Source of the DNA: Bacteroidales bacterium
Lineage (GTDB): Bacteria; Bacteroidota; Bacteroidia; Bacteroidales; G3-4614
NCBI GenBank assembly: GCA_017559955.1
Contig: JAFYPQ010000012.1
Span: 10,443 to 74,442, forward strand
Direction of reading: 5' to 3'
DNA: 64,000 nt
Shown here: piece after piece, positions 1 through 6,464 of the stretch
How the letters are laid out: every line of letters begins with the position of its first letter
Position numbering within the stretch: position 1 is the stretch's first letter
Notes under the pieces: model-generated
Told to the model about the DNA's origin: nothing
Database searches by the model: none
Seen by the model: only the letters and a program-made list of their open reading frames with translations
Translations under genes and position numbers: made by a program

Positions 1-80
1 TTCTAAAATAGAATAGTAAACAAACATAGAATAAGGATATAAAAAGAAAGTGGAGAAAGTTGAAAAACTTTCTCCACTTT
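1..80 (+). repeat. Window-truncated copy of a paralogous structured intergenic element (E-element), ending in a perfect 14-bp stem / 6-nt loop hairpin (47-80)
   Basis: Bases 1-16 (ttctaaaatagaatag) align to 4926-4941 (ttcgaaaatagaacgt) and 25076-25091. The hairpin aaagtggagaaagt-tgaaaa-actttctccacttt is near-identical to the 25105-25127 hairpin. Confidence 0.6.
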
Positions 81-116
81 AGAAACTTTGGAGTATATTA
101 ACAAATAAGACATTAT

Positions 117-1253
117 TTATTCAAACAAAGAGAGGTATGAATGGCAGACAAAAAAACGATTACGGCTTTGCCCTGTTATTTCTTTTAATAAGTTGTCGTT
201 CACCATCATCTTGACCAATGTATTTGCCGAATTGTAGGTGATATTACATATTTTTGATGCTTCATCCACAGAGATGTAAGGATTTACTAATAATTTATGT
301 AATAAAATTATAGCATTTGTAGAACGACTTTTATATGTTGATCGTATTTTCTCTTCTGCCTCACTTTTAAATTGGAGTATTGAGGAAATAGTGTTTGCTG
401 TAGCTGATGCAGTTTGTTCAATACCAACTAAAAAGTATTTAATCCATTGTATCATATCGTTTTTAGTCCTTATAGAAGATAAATTATCATAATAAAGGTC
501 TTTGGGATTCTCGAAGAAAGTTGATAAATACAAGAGAGGTTTGTCTAATATTTTTTCTTTTACTAAAAATAGAGTAATTAGTAATCTGCCAATTCTCCCA
601 TTTCCGTCAAGGAAAGGGTGAATTGTTTCAAATTGATAGTGAGCTATTGCAATTTTAAGAAGCGCTGGCAATAAAATTTGGTCATTGTTAAGAAATTTCT
701 CAAGATCACTCATCAATGATCCAACTAATTCATGTGAAGGAGGTATGAATTTAGCATCTGCAAGAGATTTTCCTCCAATCCAATTTTGACTCTTCCTAAA
801 TTCTCCTGGGAGTTTGTGTTCCCCTCGTACACTATCAAGTAATAATTTGTGGGTGTTGCGTATTAAACGGCTTGAAATTGGTAACGTATCTAGACTATTT
901 ATAGCTTCATTAATAGCTTTTACATAGTTTTGAACCTCTTTCCAATCATTCCTGCGTTCTTCTTTAATCTCAGTTTCGGGTAGCAATGCTTCATCCATTC
1001 TTGTTTGAGTTCCTTCTATTCTGCTTGATACTACAGCTTCTTTAGTTACATGTAGTTGAATGAATAAATCAATATTAGGGACTAGTTTTGAAAATGAATT
1101 TAGTTCTCCTAACTTAAGAGCAGCTTTCTCTAAAAGATGATTTATAGAAGGATTATTCCAAATCCATTGATGGTTAATAGTATTTGGGACAAAATATTTA
1201 TAGCCATATCCATCTTCATAATGGCCTGCATTAAAATTATCAAGTTCAATCAT
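117..1253 (-). CDS. Fic family protein (class II, with N-terminal inhibitory motif and canonical AMPylation-type active site)
   Basis: Carries the HPFLDGNGRIGR motif (HxFx[DE]GNGRxxR) and an upstream SSRIEG match to the [ST]xxxE[GN] inhibitory helix. The ORF track starts at a TTG (1277), but a -7 box at 1275-1282 overlaps it, so the ATG at 1253 (MIELDNF) is preferred. Confidence 0.85.
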   Translation of the reverse strand: MIELDNFNAGHYEDGYGYKYFVPNTINHQWIWNNPSINHLLEKAALKLGELNSFSKLVPNIDLFIQLHVTKEAVVSSRIEGTQTRMDEALLPETEIKEERRNDWKEVQNYVKAINEAINSLDTLPISSRLIRNTHKLLLDSVRGEHKLPGEFRKSQNWIGGKSLADAKFIPPSHELVGSLMSDLEKFLNNDQILLPALLKIAIAHYQFETIHPFLDGNGRIGRLLITLFLVKEKILDKPLLYLSTFFENPKDLYYDNLSSIRTKNDMIQWIKYFLVGIEQTASATANTISSILQFKSEAEEKIRSTYKSRSTNAIILLHKLLVNPYISVDEASKICNITYNSANTLVKMMVNDNLLKEITGQSRNRFFVCHSYLSLFE

Positions 1254-1274
1254 GTAGGTTAAATTTATATTGAG

Positions 1275-1282
1275 CAAAATTA
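1275..1282 (-). promoter_or_regulatory. Bacteroidota -7 promoter box (TAATTTTG on minus strand) for the Fic gene
   Basis: Exact TAnnTTTG match 22 nt upstream of the ATG at 1253. Confidence 0.5.
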
Positions 1283-1554
1283 CAATAAAAAAATCACTAT
1301 CTCAAATTTTAATGTAAAATTGAGATAAAAGAAATCTTATTTCAATTTTAATCAATATAATGAAATAGACAATTCCTTATTTCAAAAATAGAATAATCTA
1401 TCAAATTTTCAAATATAATATATTCATTTCGTCAAATAAGTAGAAATACAAAATAGGTGCTTTTGCTTTATTATAGGTTTCCCTGAAGAATGACATACTA
1501 TAATTAAGAGGGTTGCATATATGACTGGTTCTTATCTATGACATCCTAATATAA

Positions 1555-1650
1555 ATTTAAAGTCTTAAATGCGAGATAAGCCTTGTGTAAATTCGTTAGA
1601 AATAAAAAAGCAAGGATGTAAAAAGAGAAATCAATAATAAAGAGCTCTCA
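1555..1650 (+). repeat. Degenerate copy of the E-element in the Fic/DUF2971 divergent intergenic region
   Basis: gcgagataag (1571-1580) matches gtgagataag (4901-4910), and attcgttaga (1591-1600) matches attcgttcga (4921-4930). The caagg block is conserved. There is no clean terminal hairpin. Confidence 0.5.
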
Positions 1651-1788
1651 AAATTTCAACAAAAACGTAAGAATATCAAATCTATTCAACTCCTTTTTTT
1701 GCCTTTTTAAAAGCATTTTAACATCTTTATATGATGAACTAGCAAAATATAATATTTGAATATACATTAAGAATATAATTAAATTTAT

Positions 1789-1796
1789 ATACATTT
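1789..1796 (+). promoter_or_regulatory. Bacteroidota -7 promoter box (TACATTTG) for the DUF2971 gene
   Basis: Exact TAnnTTTG match. It abuts the GTG used by the ORF track (1797), which argues for a downstream ATG start. Confidence 0.5.
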
Positions 1797-1811
1797 GTGC
1801 ATAATACTTAT

Positions 1812-2747
1812 ATGTGTGTTTATATGGAAATAAAAATAAAGGACAAAAATGTTAGAAATAATATATTTAAGTTTCTTGATTACATCCAAGAATACTTAAA
1901 AAAACCAAACATGTCCTCTGGATTATATCACTATACTTCAATAGAAGCTCTATACAACGGAATTATTCAACAGGATTGTAAGTTAGGTCAAGAAATATGT
2001 CTTCGTGCAACAAATGTTTTATACTTGAATGATAAAGAGGAAATAAAAATAGGAATCTCATTTATTGAGGATTTTATAGAAAAATATATTGTAAAGACAG
2101 AGGAAAAAAAATTATTCCAGTCTCAATCTGATTTTTTAGACTTTTGCTCTTCATTATTTGTAACATCTTTTTCCCTACAAAGAGATAATCTTCCTATGTG
2201 GAGAATGTATTCTACTAATGCAACAGGAATTGCATTATGTTTTGACGATAAATTCTTTCGAGAAAGTGATGAGGAGTATTACTTAAAATGTAATTATTCA
2301 ACATCAAAATTACGACAAGGAATAGATGAATATTTAAAAGAATTTAAAGCTATTCCCTCATCGAATGATAAAATAGCGTGTATATTTTTAATTATATTCC
2401 TTGCACTTTTAATTTCTAACAAAAAAGAAGAGATAAATTATGCTATTGAAAAAATGCTTCCGCTTATTAAATTTGCTTTTTCTCTTAAACATCCAGCATA
2501 TAATTATGAAGAAGAAATTCGTCTTTTAAAGCTATGTAGTAACAAGGAATACAGAAAATTTCGATATAAAGACAACTTGATTATACCTTATGTCGAACAT
2601 TTTTTCCCAAAGGAATCTTTAACAGAAATTATTGTCGGACCAAATAACGATATGCAAAGGACTATTCATTCTTTGAAAGTATACCTTAAACATCATGGTT
2701 TCGAACATGTAAATATTATAGAATCTAAACTTCCATATAGGAGTTAA
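1812..2747 (+). CDS. DUF2971 domain-containing protein
   Basis: N-terminal LYHYTSIEAL ... LRATNVLYLNDKEE and PMWRMYS motifs resemble the DUF2971 pattern as I remember it. The start is ambiguous (ATG at 1812 or 1824). The GTG at 1797 is rejected because of the promoter box. Confidence 0.6.
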   Translation: MCVYMEIKIKDKNVRNNIFKFLDYIQEYLKKPNMSSGLYHYTSIEALYNGIIQQDCKLGQEICLRATNVLYLNDKEEIKIGISFIEDFIEKYIVKTEEKKLFQSQSDFLDFCSSLFVTSFSLQRDNLPMWRMYSTNATGIALCFDDKFFRESDEEYYLKCNYSTSKLRQGIDEYLKEFKAIPSSNDKIACIFLIIFLALLISNKKEEINYAIEKMLPLIKFAFSLKHPAYNYEEEIRLLKLCSNKEYRKFRYKDNLIIPYVEHFFPKESLTEIIVGPNNDMQRTIHSLKVYLKHHGFEHVNIIESKLPYRS

Positions 2748-3195
2748 AACTTTTAACTATTCATATTTCGTATTCCAATAAAACACATTTCCTTTTATTT
2801 AATAATTAATAAATCTTTTTCAGAGATAAGAGAATTTGAGGGAATTACCAAAGAAAAGAATGTTGTTTTATTACCTATAAGATATTCAATTGAAGATTGG
2901 TTGTTAACAGATATAGAAGGCTTCTATAAATATCTTCTCATAAAGAATAAACCTCTTAAATTATCAGATAAAAATGGATATGATAAATAAACCATTGATT
3001 TAAGCAACATTAGAAGATGTTTATAAAAAGGCTTTGATTGTAAGATATCATTAAAATCTTAATATAGCCATTATTATATCTGGGCATTCTGATGAACTAA
3101 AGCCTATTCGTTTAGTACTAAGGATAAAAGATATATAATAAAAATTATAGTAATAGATTGTAATTTCTATAGATATAAACTCTCCTTTTGTGTTG

Positions 3196-4017
3196 CTACT
3201 CTAATATCTTCTGGATTTCTTTTTCTTCAAATTTTAACAAATTATTTGTAACCTTCAGCAAAGTGACTTTATCTGAATGAATATTCCCCATTTTCAGAAT
3301 CCTTAAAGTACATGTTTCCTCTAATTCTTGAAATGTACATTTTGAGTTTAGTTTAATATCCAAGTTTTTTAGAAAAGTGCTAGGTGCTACGTCTGGATTA
3401 ATTTTACCTAGTTCTTCAAGTCGCTTTATTGACCCTTTTATATATTGAAAAACATCATTACCTTGAGAAATAGTAGTTTTTATTCCGCAAATCAGTATTA
3501 AATCATTTATATACTCACCATATTGCTTCAATATATTTCTGTAACAGTCAATGTATTCTATTTCACATTCATTAAAATTGTCTTCAGGTAAATACATATC
3601 AAAACTATAACCCTGCATCTCAATATCCTTGTTTAAATTCATTAGATAATCCAATGCGATCTGACAATTACCATTTGTAATATTATTTATCGCGATAGAG
3701 GTTTCTTGGAAGTTAAGAATGCGATAATTTATATCTAATTGTTTCCTTAACCCCTCTAACCAAGTCTGTCTGGCTTGATACTTGAGAATCTTGTTTTGAT
3801 TTTTTCTACTGTCTTCATTATCTTCTTTATTCCAGACTCTTGTACGATATAGTACAAACATTGTAATGATGGAGCCCAAAAGAGTTCCATAAAATCCTAA
3901 CCAACCATCAATACTCCCATTAACAATAGCCCCTACAGATACTCCCAAGATTATATAATTAATCAAAATTGGGGAACTTAATAACAAAACTAAAACAAAC
4001 CAATCTAATTTTTTCAT
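3196..4017 (-). CDS. Hypothetical membrane protein with two N-terminal TM helices and a roughly 200 aa soluble C-terminal domain
   Basis: MKKLDWFVLVLLLSSPILINYIILGV and WLGFYGTLLGSIITMFVLY are hydrophobic helices. A -7 box at 4044-4051 supports the ATG at 4017 rather than the ORF-track start at 4176. I recognise no family. Confidence 0.6.
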   Translation of the reverse strand: MKKLDWFVLVLLLSSPILINYIILGVSVGAIVNGSIDGWLGFYGTLLGSIITMFVLYRTRVWNKEDNEDSRKNQNKILKYQARQTWLEGLRKQLDINYRILNFQETSIAINNITNGNCQIALDYLMNLNKDIEMQGYSFDMYLPEDNFNECEIEYIDCYRNILKQYGEYINDLILICGIKTTISQGNDVFQYIKGSIKRLEELGKINPDVAPSTFLKNLDIKLNSKCTFQELEETCTLRILKMGNIHSDKVTLLKVTNNLLKFEEKEIQKILE

Positions 4018-4043
4018 TTTATATTCATGTTGTCTATTATTCA

Positions 4044-4051
4044 CAAAGGTA
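4044..4051 (-). promoter_or_regulatory. -7 promoter box (TACCTTTG on minus strand) for the 2-TM protein gene
   Basis: Exact TAnnTTTG match 27 nt upstream of the ATG at 4017. Confidence 0.5.
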
Positions 4052-4091
4052 TAAGTTATTTTGTATTTATTCTTATTATAAAATAAATAAT

Positions 4092-4099
4092 TACCTTTG
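4092..4099 (+). promoter_or_regulatory. -7 promoter box (TACCTTTG) for the SDR gene
   Basis: Exact TAnnTTTG match 37 nt upstream of the ATG at 4136. Confidence 0.5.
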
Positions 4100-4135
4100 T
4101 AGGTATTACAATTTATGAGAGCAAAATAGACAAAT

Positions 4136-4849
4136 ATGAATATTCTTATTATTGGAGGAACATCGGGAATAGGCAAAGCCCTTTATGATAAATATATTGT
4201 GAAGAATAATCAGGTTGCAGTTATCGGAAGAAGAACTGATATACTCGATAAATTGCTTAGAGATAATCCTCTCAATACTATTATTGCTACGGCAGATATA
4301 ACAATTCAATCCGAAATAGATAATGCAATTGAATCCATTTGTAAAAAGCTAAACAAAATAGATTTAGCCATTGTATGTTCGGGCATTGGTGAAATTAATT
4401 CTTCACTTAAATATTCAATTGAACTACCTACTATAAGTACAAATGTAACAGGTTGGACTTTTTGTGTTGATAAACTTTATAATATTTTCAATAATCAAGG
4501 ATATGGCCATTTTGTTGCGATAACCTCAGTTGGTGGATTACGAGGAGAACCAATGTCGCCTGCATATAGTGCATCAAAAGCATATCAAATTAATTATATA
4601 GAAGCATTGCGTAAAAAGTCTTTTAAAACAGGAAGTAAAATAGTAGTAACAGATGTCCGCCCAGGACTTGTTAATACTGCTATGGCGAAAGGAGAAGGGT
4701 TATTTTGGGTAATGCATGTAGAAAAAGTTGCTCAACAAATTTGCAATGCCATTCGTAAGAAAAAGTCCAAAGTTTATGTAACTAAACGTTGGCACATACT
4801 TGCTATAATTAATAAGATATTACCATTTTGGTTATATAAAAGAATCTAA
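4136..4849 (+). CDS. SDR family oxidoreductase (short-chain dehydrogenase/reductase)
   Basis: GGTSGIGKAL glycine-rich NAD(P)-binding motif at the N-terminus and the YSASK catalytic YxxxK motif. Confidence 0.85.
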   Translation: MNILIIGGTSGIGKALYDKYIVKNNQVAVIGRRTDILDKLLRDNPLNTIIATADITIQSEIDNAIESICKKLNKIDLAIVCSGIGEINSSLKYSIELPTISTNVTGWTFCVDKLYNIFNNQGYGHFVAITSVGGLRGEPMSPAYSASKAYQINYIEALRKKSFKTGSKIVVTDVRPGLVNTAMAKGEGLFWVMHVEKVAQQICNAIRKKKSKVYVTKRWHILAIINKILPFWLYKRI

Positions 4850-4877
4850 TGTACAAGTAGTATTTACTGGGTCAGGA

Positions 4878-4984
4878 ACAATGGTTCTTAATTCCCAAAG
4901 GTGAGATAAGTCTCTTAGAAATTCGTTCGAAAATAGAACGTCAAGGGGTACTAAGAGAAGTTCGAAAGAGCTTCTCTTTTTTTG
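4878..4984 (+). repeat. Best-preserved copy of the E-element (candidate small RNA or 3'UTR element) with an intrinsic terminator
   Basis: It has an inner hairpin cgttc-gaaaata-gaacg (4924-4940). An outer 8-bp pairing joins tctcttag (4911-4918) to ctaagaga (4951-4958). A terminal stem joins aagagaag to cttctctt (4953-4978) and is followed by a T-run. The element aligns without gaps to 25045-25110. Confidence 0.6.
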
Positions 4985-5054
4985 TTTGTATATCTTTCCT
5001 TTTTTTGAAATAAATCACTAACTTGCGGTAGTAATTTATATGCCTGATAACTTT

Positions 5055-5330
5055 ATGACAAAGAAACAATCTTTACAGATATTTGAAGATAAAAAAGTTC
5101 GTACTGTATGGGATAGCGAACAAGAAAAGTGGTACTTTTCAGTTGTAGATACAATTGAAATATTGACTGAACAAAGTAGCCATCAAGGAGCAAGAAATTA
5201 TTGGAAGGTTCTAAAAAATCGTTTAAGGAAAGACGGAAATGAAACGGTTACAAATTGTAACCGTTTGAAACTGCAGGCAGAAGATGGCAAAATGCGTTTA
5301 ACAATTCAAGAGCAACCAATTTCTTATTAG
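5055..5330 (+). pseudogene. Truncated Bro-N/KilA-N-type DNA-binding protein (N-terminal fragment only)
   Basis: MTKKQSLQIFEDKKVRTVWDSEQEKWYFSVVD...NETVTNCNRLKLQAEDGKMRLT matches the N-terminal part of a longer Bacteroidales Bro-N family protein as I recall it. Similarity ends near 5310 and is followed by 8 unrelated codons and a stop. Confidence 0.55.
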
Positions 5331-5420
5331 AATCAACAGAGGATGCGGAATAGGAGATAGGAATTTTACATCTTGCTTATGAACTTACATTAATCATTAA
5401 TTATTGGTGTCCGATAATAA

Positions 5421-5435
5421 TTATATCGAACTCAC
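5421..5435. repeat. Solo IS982-type terminal inverted repeat
   Basis: ttatatcgaactcac is identical to 23044-23058, the terminal repeat of the decayed IS at 22371-23060. It lies two bases from the stop codon of the GT2 gene. Confidence 0.6.
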
Positions 5436-5436
5436 T

Positions 5437-6432
5437 TCAAAAATGGTGCTTGCCTTTAAGATAGTAATCGAAGACTATGCTTCTATCGCCCTCCCTGAAT
5501 TTATTTAGAAGATTCTCTGAAGGTTGATTTTTGTATCGATGTTTGTTTCGCTCAAAATCACGATGAGCACGCCAGACTGATTTTACCTCGCCAAAACTTA
5601 ACTTTACCAAAAACATACAGGCGGCAATTCCGTCTAATAGTTTTCGTTTAAAGATTAGGCGTTTACCCTCTTTTAATGGAAGGTTTTTATATAGCATAAA
5701 TAGGTTGTTTCGGAAATTGAGGTATGTTTTTCTAGGGTTCCCTGCCGCCAATGTTCCTCCCCCCAAGTGATATATGGTGCTTTGTGGTACTACCGATATA
5801 CGTTTACCTTTGAGTTGCATTCTCCAACATAGGTCTATCTCCTCCATATGGGCAAAAAAGTCGGTATCCAAACCTCCTACTGCCAAATAGCTTTCACGTT
5901 CAACCATAAGAGCCGCCCCCGTCGCCCAGAATATATCTTTTGACTCTCCGTCATATTGCCCCGAATCTCTCTCTGTGGTATTAAAAATTCTGCCTCTGCA
6001 AAAGGGATAGCCGTATTTGTCGATAAACCCTCCTGCTGCTCCTGCATACTCAAACATCTCTTTATCGGTATATGATTTTAGTTTTGGCTGGCACGCCGCA
6101 ACATCGGAGTTGTTCTGCATATACTCTTTTAGTGGTGCCACCCAACCTTCGGTTACTTCTACATCGGAGTTTAAGAGTATTATATATTTGTATTCCAAAA
6201 GTGTCTCTATTGCAAGGTTATATCCTCCTGCAAATCCATGGTTTTTATCAAAGGTAAGAAGTTTCACTTGTGGGTAGTTCTCACACAACCACTCCACCGA
6301 ACCATCAGTTGAGCCATTATCTGCCACAACCACATCAGCTCCTTGCGATAGGGTTGCCACCGATGGCAAGAACTCGGTCATTAGGTGTTTCCCATTCCAA
6401 TTTAATATTACTACTGCTGTATCTTGTGCCAT
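5437..6432 (-). CDS. Glycosyltransferase family 2 protein
   Basis: VVILNWNG ... DNGSTDGS ... NSDVEV pattern typical of GT2 (GT-A fold, DxD-type). Confidence 0.85.
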   Translation of the reverse strand: MAQDTAVVILNWNGKHLMTEFLPSVATLSQGADVVVADNGSTDGSVEWLCENYPQVKLLTFDKNHGFAGGYNLAIETLLEYKYIILLNSDVEVTEGWVAPLKEYMQNNSDVAACQPKLKSYTDKEMFEYAGAAGGFIDKYGYPFCRGRIFNTTERDSGQYDGESKDIFWATGAALMVERESYLAVGGLDTDFFAHMEEIDLCWRMQLKGKRISVVPQSTIYHLGGGTLAAGNPRKTYLNFRNNLFMLYKNLPLKEGKRLIFKRKLLDGIAACMFLVKLSFGEVKSVWRAHRDFERNKHRYKNQPSENLLNKFREGDRSIVFDYYLKGKHHF

Positions 6433-6464
6433 AAAATGTATATTCTGAAATATATTTGATAATT

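Noticed and set aside
1797-1811. The GTG start (1797) for the DUF2971 ORF and the TTG start (1277) for Fic, as given by the ORF track.
   Set aside because: Both alternative start codons overlap or abut exact -7 promoter boxes, so they would lie upstream of the transcription start. The next in-frame ATG was used instead.
4018-4309. The N-terminal extension of the 2-TM protein ORF to 4176, and the 67 aa ORF at 4106-4309 on the minus strand.
   Set aside because: An exact -7 box at 4044-4051 places transcription initiation downstream of these codons. The extension is low-complexity AT-rich sequence that overlaps the SDR promoter and start. The 4106-4309 ORF lies antisense inside the SDR gene.
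4878-4984. Interpreting the E-element as an integron attC site, a CRISPR tracrRNA, or an IS200/IS605-type omega/right-end RNA.
   Set aside because: There are no GTTRRRY/RYYYAAC core sites in the expected positions and no integron integrase. There is no CRISPR array or cas gene, and no anti-repeat. No tnpB/iscB-like ORF is adjacent. The flanking genes also point in mixed orientations, unlike integron cassettes.
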